From assembly GCA_963743525.1 (NCBI GenBank), contig CAVUQH010000003.1:1-64000 (forward strand): a stretch of 64,000 nt of DNA, in the 5' to 3' direction. Both the position numbers and the translations under genes were made by a program. Each line of letters starts with the position of its first letter. Positions within the stretch are counted from its first letter, which is position 1. This DNA comes from an uncultured delta proteobacterium. Its GTDB lineage: Bacteria; Myxococcota_A; Polyangia; Haliangiales; Haliangiaceae. Shown here one piece after another: positions 9,417 to 20,049 of the stretch. The notes under the pieces were generated by a model that was not told the origin of the DNA, did not search any database, and saw nothing but the letters and a program-made list of their open reading frames with translations.

Positions 9417-10829
9417 ATGCGGATCTCCCTGGTGACGGCGTTTCTGGTCGGGTTGGCGGCGTGTGGCGGCGGCGGTGGCGGCGGGCCGGACAGCGGGACA
9501 GGCGTCGTCGATGCGGCCACGGCGCCCGATGCGTACGTGCCGGACAACATCGAAGATTTCCTGGCCACGGTGCCCGGACTGACGTTCGAGGAGCGGCAGA
9601 CGGGCTATCCGGGCTATCGGCTGTTCATGCTGCACTACGTGCAGCCGGTCGATCACAACGACCCCAACGGGCGCACGTTCGTGCAGCGGATCCTCCTCCA
9701 CCACGTCGATCGCGCGGCGCCGATGATCCTGTACACGAGCGGCTACTACCTGTTCTCGGCCGACAATCTGTCGGAGCTGGGCACGGCGATGGGCGCCAAC
9801 CAGCTGTTGACGGAGCAGCGCTTCTTCGGCCAGTCGGTGCCGGACGGGCTGACCGCCGACGACTGGCAGTACGTCACCATCGCCCAGGCGGCCGCCGACC
9901 ATCACCGCATCGTCCAGGCGCTGGCGCCGTACTACAACGGCATCTGGCTGAGCACCGGGCACAGCAAGGGCGGGATGACGTCGATCTATCACCGGCGCTT
10001 CTATCCCGACGACGTCAACGCGACGGTGGCGTACGTGGCGCCGATCAGCTTCGGCGCGCCGGACGCGCGCTACGAGGGCTTCTTCGACACGGTCGGCACG
10101 CAGACCTGTCGCGATGCGCTCACGGCGATCCAGCGGGAGGCGCTGACGCGGTTCTCGACGCTGCTGCCGATGGCACAGACCGAAGCGCAGCAGAACGGAC
10201 TGACGTTCGACCGCGCGGGCGGGCAGGCGGCGGCGTTCGAGGGCGACATCGCCGGGATGAACTGGTCGTTCTGGCAGTACTTCGGCCAGTGCGACTCGAT
10301 CCCGGCGACGACCGCCACCGACCAGGAGATCTACAACTTCGTCAGCGCGGTCGGCGGCATCGGCATCGACGACGACAGCATCGGCCGGCTGCAGACCTAC
10401 TATTACCAGGCGGAGGCGCAGCTGGGATATCCGGCGGTGCCGACCACGGGCGTCGACGATCTGCTGCAGTACCAGGACGTGACCGGCGACTACCTGCCCG
10501 CCGGAACCAGCCCGACCTACGACGACGCGACGGCGATGGACGACGTCGACCAGTGGGTGAAGAACGACGCCGAGCGGATCATGTTCGTCTACGGCGGCGC
10601 CGACCCGTGGTACGCCGGGGCGTTCGATCCGGGCAGCGCGGCGGACACGCATCTGTACGTGGTGCCGGGCGGCAACCACGGGTCGCTGATCGCCGATCTG
10701 CCCGCCGCCGACCAGACCGATGCACTCGACGTCATCGAGCGCTGGACCGGGGTGCGGCCGAGCTTGCCGTCGTTCTTCGGCTCGTGGCGGATGCGGCCGC
10801 CGATGATCCGGGTGCGGCCGCCGCGCTAG
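9417..10829 (+). CDS. Serine peptidase lipoprotein (S28/S37-type)
   Basis: Lipobox LAAC, QPVDH, EQRFFG, GHSKGG nucleophile motif, YGGADPW and GGNHG. Confidence 0.85.
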   Translation: MRISLVTAFLVGLAACGGGGGGGPDSGTGVVDAATAPDAYVPDNIEDFLATVPGLTFEERQTGYPGYRLFMLHYVQPVDHNDPNGRTFVQRILLHHVDRAAPMILYTSGYYLFSADNLSELGTAMGANQLLTEQRFFGQSVPDGLTADDWQYVTIAQAAADHHRIVQALAPYYNGIWLSTGHSKGGMTSIYHRRFYPDDVNATVAYVAPISFGAPDARYEGFFDTVGTQTCRDALTAIQREALTRFSTLLPMAQTEAQQNGLTFDRAGGQAAAFEGDIAGMNWSFWQYFGQCDSIPATTATDQEIYNFVSAVGGIGIDDDSIGRLQTYYYQAEAQLGYPAVPTTGVDDLLQYQDVTGDYLPAGTSPTYDDATAMDDVDQWVKNDAERIMFVYGGADPWYAGAFDPGSAADTHLYVVPGGNHGSLIADLPAADQTDALDVIERWTGVRPSLPSFFGSWRMRPPMIRVRPPR

Positions 10830-10833
10830 TCGG

Positions 10834-11802
10834 TTACCAGTGGGTGCGGCCGATGTGCAGGATGCGTGAGCCCGGCCGGGCCACCGGGTTGGTGCTCTTG
10901 CCGACGACGACGCCGTCTTCCGGGGCGTAGTAGACGCGCAGCTCGCTGCCCCAGATGTCCGACATGCGGGCGATGACGTCGCCGGCGCGGAAGCGGGAGC
11001 CGAGCTCGGGGTAGACGTCGAGGATGCCGCCGGCGTCGGTGTACATCCAGTACGACGTGGAGCACTCGATCGGCACGCGGCCTTCGGGATCTTCGAGGTC
11101 CGGGATCATCTCCAGGTGCTCGAGGATCTCCTGGATGCCCAGGCGCGACTTGCGGATCAGCGCGTACTGCAGCGCTTGTGGGTCGCCGACTTCGAGGGTC
11201 ACCGACGGCACGCCGCGGGCGGCGATGGCGCCGCGCAGGGTGCTGTCGCCGGCGGGGCTGTGGACGATGATCTCGGGGTGCATCAGGCGCGCGAGCTCGG
11301 CGGTGGCCGGGTTCTCGAGGTTGACGCGCGCGTACAGGCTGTTGACCCGGCCGAAGCTCGCGGTGTGCAGATCGATGTGGTACTCGAACACGTTCGCGAT
11401 CCGGTCGAGGAACTGGAACGCGAACTGCTGCGCGCCGGTGCCGCCCGGGCGGCCGGGCATGGTCCGGTTGAGGTCGGCGCCGTCGTGGAACTCGCGCCGG
11501 TTGACCAGGAAGCCGGGCGTGTTGACCACCGGGACTGCGACGATCGTGCCGCACAGCAGGCGCGACGCGGGCACGGCTTCGAGCAGGCGGTGGAGCACGC
11601 GAACGCCGTTGATCTCGTTGCCGTGAATCGCCGCGGTGATGCCGACGACCGGCCCGGGCCTGGTCGCGCGGCGGACGATCACCGGCACGGTCATCGGTAT
11701 GCCGTGGGCGTCGGGGCCCATGAGCACCCGCATGCGCTGGCTGGTTCCGGCGGGGGTGGCGTCGATGTCAACTCGTTTTACGTGCGGGACCTCGCGGCTC
11801 AC
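10834..11802 (-). CDS. Succinylglutamate desuccinylase/aspartoacylase family (M14-like)
   Basis: AAIHGNEING, DLNRTMPG, IDLHTA and TLEVG motifs. Confidence 0.9.
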   Translation of the reverse strand: MSREVPHVKRVDIDATPAGTSQRMRVLMGPDAHGIPMTVPVIVRRATRPGPVVGITAAIHGNEINGVRVLHRLLEAVPASRLLCGTIVAVPVVNTPGFLVNRREFHDGADLNRTMPGRPGGTGAQQFAFQFLDRIANVFEYHIDLHTASFGRVNSLYARVNLENPATAELARLMHPEIIVHSPAGDSTLRGAIAARGVPSVTLEVGDPQALQYALIRKSRLGIQEILEHLEMIPDLEDPEGRVPIECSTSYWMYTDAGGILDVYPELGSRFRAGDVIARMSDIWGSELRVYYAPEDGVVVGKSTNPVARPGSRILHIGRTHW

Positions 11803-11821
11803 CCGGCCAATTTACACCGGC

Positions 11822-12706
11822 TCAGCGGTACAAACCCTGGCGCGGGACATCGAACGCAGCCAGCAGGCGCGCGCCGGCCAGCAGGCGCGGGCGCCGGGTC
11901 TCGACTCCCGACCAGGTGAAGGTCAGGGTTCCCTCGCGCGCGGCCAGCACCCCTTCGCCGACGGCGGTCAGGTGGCGGCGCAGGTCTTCCAGCAGCGGCA
12001 GGCGATCGATGGGCGGGTCGAGGAGGCCGTGGTGAATGCGGGCGTACAGCACCTGGTCGTGATCGTAGGCGCGGCCGGCCCAGGTCTGGGCGACCCCCGA
12101 CGAGGCGATCGGCGCCAGCTCGATGCGCGCGGGCAAGCGCAGCTCGACCCACGGATTGGACCGCGCGTCGTAGTCGCCGGCGGGCGGATGGTAGTGGGCG
12201 CCGGGCAGGGCGCGCAGCTCCGACAGGCCGAAGATGTCGGCGTCGGCCAGCGACACCAGCAGCGCGATCACCGACTCGAGATGGGTCACCGACAGCTGCC
12301 CGGGGAAGCGCAGGCTGACCTCGGTGCCGTCGCTCTCCAGGGCCATGCCGCCGACGTTGGTCGCCAGCTCGTCGAGCTGCAGCAGCGCCCGGGCCGAGAA
12401 CAGGGCGCGGGTCGCCGCCGGGCGCGGGCTGTCGACCAGGCAGACGCTCTCCAGCGAGGTCGGTCGCTCGCCGCCGCCGAGGTGGCTCATCAGCCGTCGG
12501 CCGCGGCGGGCGCGCACGTGGAAGACCGGGCCGGCGGGAACCAGGAAGCGGGCCGACACGGTGGTGCGCACGGTGCGGGCGAAGACCGAGCCCTCCTCGA
12601 CGAAGCGGATCGGCACGCCGTGGCGGACGTGATCGTAGACGATGCGGCCCGGCGTTTCGTCCACCCGCCGCCCGTCCACCACCGCCATGGCGATGCGCAG
12701 GCTCAC
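11822..12706 (-). CDS. Hypothetical protein
   Basis: 294-aa ORF with GTG start and GGAG RBS, co-oriented within a gene string; no family recognised. Confidence 0.55.
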   Translation of the reverse strand: MSLRIAMAVVDGRRVDETPGRIVYDHVRHGVPIRFVEEGSVFARTVRTTVSARFLVPAGPVFHVRARRGRRLMSHLGGGERPTSLESVCLVDSPRPAATRALFSARALLQLDELATNVGGMALESDGTEVSLRFPGQLSVTHLESVIALLVSLADADIFGLSELRALPGAHYHPPAGDYDARSNPWVELRLPARIELAPIASSGVAQTWAGRAYDHDQVLYARIHHGLLDPPIDRLPLLEDLRRHLTAVGEGVLAAREGTLTFTWSGVETRRPRLLAGARLLAAFDVPRQGLYR

Positions 12707-12748
12707 TCCATGAGTGTTCGTGATCGCCCGACGGCGGGCAAGGGCCGA

Positions 12749-13126
12749 CTATTGCGTGCAGACGACGGGGAGACACCCCGACGGGCCGCTGCCGCCGCCG
12801 TTGGTGCAGAGGGCGTCCTCGCCGCACTGGGCCACCGGGTCGGCGTTGGGGTCGCACGGGCGGGTGCAGAAGGCGTCGGCGGTCGGCTCGTTGTCGACGG
12901 TGCAGAACGGGGCCATCCGCCCCGGCGTATTGGCGCACTCGCCGCCGCCCACCGTGCAGTACATGCCGACACCGTACGAGTTGCCGGTGGCGCACGGCTC
13001 GCCGCAGCCGCTGCCGCCTGCGCACGCGGCGTCGAGGTCGCCAGATCCGTTGCCGCCGCTTCCACACGCAGCGATTGCCAGAACCATCGCGGCGACGGCC
13101 AGGACTGCGAAGCTGATCTTCTTCAT
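12749..13126 (-). CDS. Small Cys-rich lipoprotein
   Basis: MKKISFAV...IAAC lipobox, followed by about 12 further Cys in roughly 100 aa. Confidence 0.8.
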   Translation of the reverse strand: MKKISFAVLAVAAMVLAIAACGSGGNGSGDLDAACAGGSGCGEPCATGNSYGVGMYCTVGGGECANTPGRMAPFCTVDNEPTADAFCTRPCDPNADPVAQCGEDALCTNGGGSGPSGCLPVVCTQ

Positions 13127-13128
13127 GT

Positions 13129-14085
13129 CTACGGCTCGAACGAGTTGCCGCTCTCGTCGCAGGCGATGAGGCTGCCGTCGCCGGGGAAGAACGGGAAGAA
13201 GGTCACGCACATCTCTTGCGGGAACAGCATCGCGGTGTCTTTGGTGTTGAACCAGGTGCAGGTGGTCTTGACGTGGTCACCGGGCTGGAGGGTGATGTAG
13301 TCGTCGAACTTCTGGATCGGGAAGTCGTTGCGCGCGCCGGCGTACCAGTCGCCGTCCCAGCTCCAGAACGGCGTGGTCTCCTGCTGGCGGTACAACCCGA
13401 CAGAGAAGTGCGTGCCCCACTCGTGCATGTGCGGGAGCAGCCACGGAATGGTCATCTCCTGGTGCACCTCGCAATCCATGGACTTGGTGGTCTCCTGCTG
13501 CGGCGGCAGTGTGAAGGTGAGATCGGTCTGGGCAAAGGTAGAGGCGATCTCTTCGACCTGATCCTGCGGGACCAGATCGAGGTTGATCACGTCCTGCGCC
13601 TGGGCGTCCTGGTCGGTGGCGTTGATGTAGTGCGACTGCACCCACAGCTCGACGCCTTTCGGCACCTGGAGGACGATGCCCGGCGGCGTCGCCACGCCGG
13701 TCCCGTTGGCCGTGCCGGTGGTGACGATGCGGACGTCGGTCATGTCGAAGCCGTCGCATCGGTGCGGCTCGGGATCGACGCCGGTCGAGTCGTTGGCGTA
13801 GAACAGCAGCGTGTGGTGGCCGTTGACCATCTGGAAGATGTGGCCGGCCTGCACGAACATGTCCTGGCTCACCGCGTAGGGGACCTTCATGCACATGAAG
13901 ACCTCCTGCCCGGCGGGAATGGTGAACTGCGGGGTCACCAGCTGCGCGCCGCCGGGCGCCGGGTCGGGGATGTCGTCGCGCAGCTTGTCGGGCGTTTGCA
14001 CCCCGCCGCCGTCGTCGTCCGCGGCACAACCAAAGCTCGCCCCCAGCGCCAGCGAAAGCGCCACAGATCCCCAGAAACACTTCAT
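13129..14085 (-). CDS. Copper type II (PHM/DBH-like) monooxygenase lipoprotein
   Basis: Lipobox SFGC; HH, QSHY, PHMH and EMC match the PHM copper-ligand pattern. Confidence 0.8.
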   Translation of the reverse strand: MKCFWGSVALSLALGASFGCAADDDGGGVQTPDKLRDDIPDPAPGGAQLVTPQFTIPAGQEVFMCMKVPYAVSQDMFVQAGHIFQMVNGHHTLLFYANDSTGVDPEPHRCDGFDMTDVRIVTTGTANGTGVATPPGIVLQVPKGVELWVQSHYINATDQDAQAQDVINLDLVPQDQVEEIASTFAQTDLTFTLPPQQETTKSMDCEVHQEMTIPWLLPHMHEWGTHFSVGLYRQQETTPFWSWDGDWYAGARNDFPIQKFDDYITLQPGDHVKTTCTWFNTKDTAMLFPQEMCVTFFPFFPGDGSLIACDESGNSFEP

Positions 14086-14202
14086 TTTTCGGCCCCTCTC
14101 GAACGAACGTTGCGGGGGGAACGTAACGGACCAGGGGTCCGGCAACCAACGGTCTTTTTTGTCGTGGGGTTCCCTACGGGGGAAACGCCCTGGCCGGACC
14201 AC

Positions 14203-15273
14203 TCAGCCGGCGTAGAAGCCGGCGATGGTATCGACCACATAGGCCTGCTGGGCCTCGGTGATGGCCGGGTAGATCGGCAGCGCCAGCACCTCGGCGGCGG
14301 CGCGCTCGGCGGCGGGAAAGGCGCCGGCGCGATAGCCCAGGTCGGCGAAGCATTCCTGCAGGTGGAACGGCACCGGGTAGTAGACCTCGGTGGCCACGCC
14401 GTGCTCGCGCAGGTACGCGCGCAGCTCGTCGCGGCGGGGCACGCGGACGACGAACTGGTTGTAGATGTGGTCCGGGGTGTCGCCGGGAACGACCAGCTCG
14501 TCCGGCACCGAGGCGGCGGCCAGCAGCGCGCGGTAGCGGTCGGCGTTGCGCCGGCGCGCCGCGGTCCAGTCGGCCAGGTGCGGCAGCTTGACCGCGAGCA
14601 CCGCCGCCTGGATGGCGTCGAGGCGGAAGTTGCCGCCGATCATCGCGTGGTAGTACTTCGGCTTCGACCCGTGCACGCGCAGGCGGCGCACCCGCTCGGC
14701 CAGGTCGTCGTCGTCGGTGATCACCGCGCCGCCGTCGCCCAGCGCGCCCAGGTTCTTGGTCGGGAAGAACGACAGCGCCAGCAGTGCGCCGCGCACCGGG
14801 GCGGCGCCGATGCTCTGGGCGCCGTCCTCGACGATCGGCACGTCGGTGATCGGCATCGCCGCCGGGCGGCCGTACAGGTTGACCGGGATGATCGCGCGGG
14901 TGCGCGCGGTGCACGCGGCCACCGCGGCGTCCGGATCGAGGTTGAAGCTGGCGGCATCGATGTCGGCGAGCACCGGGCGCGCGCCCAGTCGGGCGACGAC
15001 GCCGGCGGTGGCGAAGAACGACAGCGGCGTGGTCACCACCTCGTCGCCGGCGCCGATACCCAGGGCCATCAGCGACACCAGCAGGGCGTCGGTACCCGAC
15101 GACACGCCGATGGCGTGGGCGCCGCCGGCCACCGGCGCCAGGGCGCGCTCGAACGCCTCGACCTCGGGGCCGAGGATGAACGCGCCGCGGTCGATGACGC
15201 GGGCGATGGCGGCGTCAATCTCGGGGCGAAGGGCCGCGTGATCGGCGGCCAGGTCGACCAGCGGGACCTTCAT
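14203..15273 (-). CDS. DegT/DnrJ/EryC1/StrS PLP aminotransferase
   Basis: VPLVDL, SSGTDAL, EDGAQS, SFFPTKNLGALGDGG and NFRLDAIQAA. Confidence 0.93.
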   Translation of the reverse strand: MKVPLVDLAADHAALRPEIDAAIARVIDRGAFILGPEVEAFERALAPVAGGAHAIGVSSGTDALLVSLMALGIGAGDEVVTTPLSFFATAGVVARLGARPVLADIDAASFNLDPDAAVAACTARTRAIIPVNLYGRPAAMPITDVPIVEDGAQSIGAAPVRGALLALSFFPTKNLGALGDGGAVITDDDDLAERVRRLRVHGSKPKYYHAMIGGNFRLDAIQAAVLAVKLPHLADWTAARRRNADRYRALLAAASVPDELVVPGDTPDHIYNQFVVRVPRRDELRAYLREHGVATEVYYPVPFHLQECFADLGYRAGAFPAAERAAAEVLALPIYPAITEAQQAYVVDTIAGFYAG

Positions 15274-16671
15274 CAGCTGCGCATCAGCAGCGCGGCGGTG
15301 TCGCCGAGCGCGGGAATGATGGCGCGGGCGCCGTAGCGATCCTTGAGCAGGCGGGCGTAGCTGCGCGACGCCTTTTCCTCGCCGTGGGTGACGAACACGG
15401 CGCCGCCCGGCTTGCGCGGCACGCGGCCGAACCAGCCGGCCAGCGCGTCGCGATCGGCGTGGGCGCTGAAGCCGGTGATGGTCGTGATCACCGCCCGCAC
15501 CTCGACCTTGCGGCCGTCGATGTCGACGATGTCCTTGCCCTGCTGCAGATCGCGACCCAGGGTCGCCTGCGCCTGGTAGCCGACGAAGATGACGTCGGTG
15601 CGCGGGTCGGGCAGGTACTCGGCCAGGTGACCGCGGATGCGCCCGCCCGAGCACATGCCCGAGCCGGCGATGATGATCGCCGGGCCGTCGATCGACCGCG
15701 CCGCCTCCGACGACCGCTTGCGCTCGGCGGCGAACAGGTTCTTGAACTCCAGCGGCACGTCGCCCGACGACAGCAGCTCCATGGCGTCCTCGTCGTAACA
15801 GTCGCGGTGCTTGTCGTAGATGCGGGTCGCCTCCAGGCCCAGCGGCCCGTCGACGATCACCGGGATCCCTTTCAGCTGCCCGCCCTCGACCAGGGTGTTG
15901 AGCTCGTACAGCACCTCTTGCGTGCGGCCGATGGCGAACGCCGGGATCAGCACCTTGCCGCCGTCGGAGACCGCGTGGACCACGGCGTCGCGAAATTTTT
16001 TGCGCGCCTCGAGCCGGGCCGGGTGGGCGCGGCTGCCGTAGGTCGAACTCGGTGACCACGAAGTCAACCTGGTGCTCATCCGGATTCCACGCGCCGAACG
16101 GGTCGCGGATGATCGGTGTGTCGAGCACGCCGAGGTCGCCGGAGAACAACACCGCGCGCTCGCCGCCGCCCTCTTGCCACGCGACCCGCACCGACGAGCT
16201 GCCGAGGATGTGGCCGGCATCGAAGATCTGCACCGTGAACGGCCCCAGCGTGCGCTTCTGGCCATAGGCCATCCGCACCGTCTGATCCATCGTCTGCTCG
16301 ACGTCGGCGTCGGTGTACATCGGCTTGGTCCCGGCCAGGAGGCCCAGCTTGGCCGTGTCCTGCATGATGATCTTGCCGATGTCGAGGGTCGCGGAGTGGC
16401 CCAGCACTGGCCCCGAGAAGCCGTGCTTGACCAGCATCGGCAGGCGACCCACGTGGTCCAGGTGGCCGTGGGTCAGCACGGCGCCGACGACCTGCTTGGG
16501 ATCGAACGGCGGCGGCTTGCGATTGAGCGCGTCCGGATCCTTGCCCCCCTGGAACGTGCCGCAGTCGATGACGATGGCGCCGTCGGGAGTGGACAGGTGG
16601 TAGCAGCTGCCGGTCACGCCGCGCGCCGCACCGCAGAACGTCAGCTTGGCAGTGGTCGAAGCGTCCCCCAT
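15273..16671 (-). CDS. MBL-fold beta-CASP metallo-hydrolase/RNase (frameshift near 16045)
   Basis: GVTGSC, LTHGHLDHVG, AGHILGS, FSGDLG, GSGMCSGGR, FSAHAD and THGE. Confidence 0.9.
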
Positions 16672-16800
16672 GACGCGCAAGTATCGCACCGCGTGCTGGC
16701 AAAAACCCACGGTCGTGCGCAAAGTGCCACGAGCTTTGCGCAGCGATGACGAGCTTCCGGGTGTTTGCGGTCGGCACCACCTTTGCACTGGGTTCCGCCA

Positions 16801-17253
16801 ATGTCCTCGACCCGCACGCTGATCGCCGATTCCAGCCCCGCGACGCGAACCTGGTTGCGCACTGCGCTACCGCGGCGAAGTAGCGAGATTGTCGAGGTCG
16901 CCGCCGGGTGGGAGATCCTCTGGCACCTGGCCGAGGAGGAGGTCGATCTGGTCGTCACCACCGAGCGACTGGGCGACGCCGACGGCCACCAGGTGCTGGC
17001 CATGGCCCGCACCGCGGGGGTCCGAGTCCCATTCGTCGTGGTCTCGTCGGTGCCGCGCTCGGCGCTGCGCCGGACGATCAAGCGCGCCGGCAACGCCGGG
17101 CTGGTGGAGAGCTGGCCCGACGCGGCGGCCTTGCGCGACGAGGTCAACAGGTTGACCAGGCCGCAGCCGGCCGCCTTCCGGCCCGGACGCACCGTGCGCC
17201 TGCTCGAGGCGGCCCGCGCCCTGGCCCTGCGAACCCTCGCTCAGCCGGGTTGA
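16801..17253 (+). CDS. Atypical (pseudo-)receiver domain protein
   Basis: TLIADSS...VDLVVTTERLGDADG...PFVVVS follows the receiver pattern, but Thr replaces the phospho-Asp. Confidence 0.65.
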   Translation: MSSTRTLIADSSPATRTWLRTALPRRSSEIVEVAAGWEILWHLAEEEVDLVVTTERLGDADGHQVLAMARTAGVRVPFVVVSSVPRSALRRTIKRAGNAGLVESWPDAAALRDEVNRLTRPQPAAFRPGRTVRLLEAARALALRTLAQPG

Positions 17254-17270
17254 TCTGATAGCTTCGGGGC

Positions 17271-18089
17271 ATGGCTGACTACGCCGTGCCCCGGGAGGCC
17301 GCGTCCGTCGTGCTGCTTCGCCCGCGCGAGGGCCGCGGCGGCGCGCTGGAGGTGTTCCTCCTGCGCCGCCACCGCAAGGCGTCGTTCATGTCGTCGGCCT
17401 TCGTCTTTCCCGGCGGCGCCGCAGACCCGGGCGAAGACGACCCGCGGGTGACCGCCGCACGGGAGCTGTTCGAGGAGGCCGGCGTGCTGCTGGCCGACGG
17501 CCCGGTGGCCCCGGATCGGCTGGCGTCGCTGCGCGCGCGGCTGCACGCGGGCGAGGGGCTCGACGCGCTGCTCGGCGAGGTCGGCTGCGGCCTGTCGCTG
17601 GACGCCATGGGCTACTTCGCCCACTGGGTGACGCCGTCGGCCGAGCGCAAGCGCTTCTCCGCGCGCTTCTTCGTCGCTGCGCTGCCCGAGGGGCAGACGC
17701 CGTCGTTCGACAACCGCGAGACCGTCGACGAGATCTGGGTGACTCCGGAGGAGGCGCTGGCCCGGGCCGGCGAGCTGCGCCTGCCACCACCGCAGGTGCG
17801 CACCTTCTACGATCTGCGCGAGGCGGCCACGCGCGGGGTCAACGCGGTCTTCGCCCTGGCCCGGCAGCGGGCCGCGGCGCCCCATCCGATCATGCCGCGG
17901 ATGAGCCCCGCCGAGGGCGGCGGCTTCGCTCTGCTGTTGCCGTGGGATCCGGACTACTCGAGCCGCGGCACCGGCGACGCGGCGCCGATGCCGGCGGACC
18001 ACCCGCTGGCCGAGGGGCCGAGTCGGTTCGTGCTGGAGGACGGAACGTGGCGAAACATCGACGCACCGAGCTCGGGCCGCGCGGACTGA
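17271..18089 (+). CDS. NUDIX hydrolase
   Basis: FVFPGG, AARELFEEAG and HWVTP...RF..RFF. Confidence 0.88.
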   Translation: MADYAVPREAASVVLLRPREGRGGALEVFLLRRHRKASFMSSAFVFPGGAADPGEDDPRVTAARELFEEAGVLLADGPVAPDRLASLRARLHAGEGLDALLGEVGCGLSLDAMGYFAHWVTPSAERKRFSARFFVAALPEGQTPSFDNRETVDEIWVTPEEALARAGELRLPPPQVRTFYDLREAATRGVNAVFALARQRAAAPHPIMPRMSPAEGGGFALLLPWDPDYSSRGTGDAAPMPADHPLAEGPSRFVLEDGTWRNIDAPSSGRAD

Positions 18090-19993
18090 TCCTTCGCGGC
18101 GGCGGCGCCGCCGAGGAGGTGCCGTTCTTCGCCGGCGCGATGCACTACTGGCGGGTGCAGCCGCGCAGCTGGCGCGCCTGCCTCGAGCGGATGCGATCCG
18201 CCGGGTTGCGGCTGGTGCAGAGCTACGTGCCGTGGAGCGTGCACGAGGAGAAGCCGGGCAAGGTCGCGTGGGACGGCGAGCTCGACCTCGGCCGCTTCCT
18301 CGATCGGGTCGGCGACCTGGGCATGCTCGCGGTGCTGCGCCCGGGTCCGCACATCAATGCCGAGCTGACCGGCTTCGGCTTCCCCGATCGAATCCTCCGC
18401 TCGCGGGAGATGCAGGCGCGCACCGCCCGGGGCACGCCGGCGTGGCTGCCGGTGCCACCGCGCGCCTTTCCCGTGCCGTCGTACGCGTCGACCGCGTTCC
18501 GCACCGAGGTCGGCGGCTGGCTGAGCGCCGCCGCCGAGGTGATCGCGCCGCGACTGTGGCCCAATGGACCGGTGGTCGCGCTGCAGGTCGACAACGAGCA
18601 TCACATGATGTTTCGCAGCGGCGCTTTCGATCTGGACTATCACCCCGACGCGCTCGACTGGTGGCGCGACTACGCCGGCGACCTCGAGCCGCCGCGGGCG
18701 TGGGATCCGGACGATCCCGGTCGCTGCGCGCGATGGGTCGCCTTCAAGGAGCACTACGCCGCCCGCGCGCTCGGCTGGGTGGCCGACGAGCTCGACGCCG
18801 CCGGGCTGGGCGCCGTCGCCCGCTATCACAACCTGCCGCCGGGCGAGCCGTTCCACATCGACCTGCCGGCGATCGAGCGGGCCATCGACGGCGCGTGCGG
18901 CATGGACTTCTATCACAAGGCCGCCGACTACCCGGTGGTGCGCCGGCGCGCGTTGCACCTGGCCGGCACCGCATCGCCGCTGCCGCTGGCGCCGGAAGTC
19001 GGCGTCGGCGGCCCGCCGTGGTTGCCGCCGATGAGCGCGGCCGATCAGGAGAGCGTGATGCTGGGCCTGCTCGCCGCCGGCGTCCGCGGCATGGGTCTCT
19101 ATATGATGGTCAACCGCGAGCGCTGGTACGGCGCCGCCATCGGTCCGGACGGCTCGGCCGAGCCGCGGGCGTTCGATCGCATCCAGCGGATCCTTCGCGC
19201 GCTCGACGCCGTCAACTGGCCGTCGCTCCGGCGCGAAGCGGTGGTGGCGATCTTCCTCGCCCGTGCCGACGCGCGCTTCGCCACCGCCTCGTCGGTGGCC
19301 GATCCGCTGTCGCCGCTGGTCGCCGAGTTCCTGCGGCCCGGGCCGGCCGGCGCCGCCGAGCTGGGCCTCGACGAGGCGGCCGCCCAGCACCGCCGCTGGA
19401 TCGACGCCGTCGAGCGGGCCCTGGCGCTGGCGCAGATCCCGTACGACATCGTCAACGAAGGCGTCCCCGCCTCCCGGCTCGGCGACTACAAGGCGGTGGT
19501 CGCACCGACCCTCGACCGGATCGACCGCGCGGCGTGGGCTCGGCTACGCCAGGCGGCAGAAGCCGGCACCCGGATCATCCTCGGCCCCGGACGGCCATCG
19601 CGCGACGAGCTCGATCAGCCGCTGGGCGAAGATGGTCGGCTGCCGCCCAAAGTGGGGCTCATCCGCCCGGAATCGCTCGAAGACATCGACGGGCTGGCCG
19701 ACGATCTGGCGGCGGTCGCCGGGGATCTCGAAGACCTGTGGATCCCGGCCGACGGCGACGCCGTTAACACCTCGACCTACCGCGATCGAGCCGGCACCGT
19801 GCGGGTGCTGTTCGTCGGCAATCGGACGGGAAAGCCGTGCAGTCCACGGATTTTGGTCCCATTTGGCGCCCACCTCGAGGACGTCACCTCCGGCGACCGG
19901 CTGGCCGCGGCCGGGGGACAGGTGGAGATGCCGCTGGCCCCCTGGCAGGTGCGGATGTTTCTCCTCTCCGCCTCCTCGGCCCCGCGCGATTGA
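18047..19993 (+). CDS. Beta-galactosidase-like glycoside hydrolase (GH35/GH42-like)
   Basis: GAMHYWR, SYVPWSVHE, RPGPHINAE and QVDNE. Confidence 0.82.
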   Translation: MAKHRRTELGPRGLILRGGGAAEEVPFFAGAMHYWRVQPRSWRACLERMRSAGLRLVQSYVPWSVHEEKPGKVAWDGELDLGRFLDRVGDLGMLAVLRPGPHINAELTGFGFPDRILRSREMQARTARGTPAWLPVPPRAFPVPSYASTAFRTEVGGWLSAAAEVIAPRLWPNGPVVALQVDNEHHMMFRSGAFDLDYHPDALDWWRDYAGDLEPPRAWDPDDPGRCARWVAFKEHYAARALGWVADELDAAGLGAVARYHNLPPGEPFHIDLPAIERAIDGACGMDFYHKAADYPVVRRRALHLAGTASPLPLAPEVGVGGPPWLPPMSAADQESVMLGLLAAGVRGMGLYMMVNRERWYGAAIGPDGSAEPRAFDRIQRILRALDAVNWPSLRREAVVAIFLARADARFATASSVADPLSPLVAEFLRPGPAGAAELGLDEAAAQHRRWIDAVERALALAQIPYDIVNEGVPASRLGDYKAVVAPTLDRIDRAAWARLRQAAEAGTRIILGPGRPSRDELDQPLGEDGRLPPKVGLIRPESLEDIDGLADDLAAVAGDLEDLWIPADGDAVNTSTYRDRAGTVRVLFVGNRTGKPCSPRILVPFGAHLEDVTSGDRLAAAGGQVEMPLAPWQVRMFLLSASSAPRD

Positions 19994-20049
19994 GCCCCGC
20001 GGCGGTTTTGGTGTAGCGTCCCGGCTCCACCTACGGAGGTTTGGACCCG

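Noticed and set aside
14203..16788. 861-aa MBL-DegT fusion ORF
   Set aside because: Artefact of a frameshift near 16045; the MBL C-terminus is in another frame and DegT has its own ATG at 15273.
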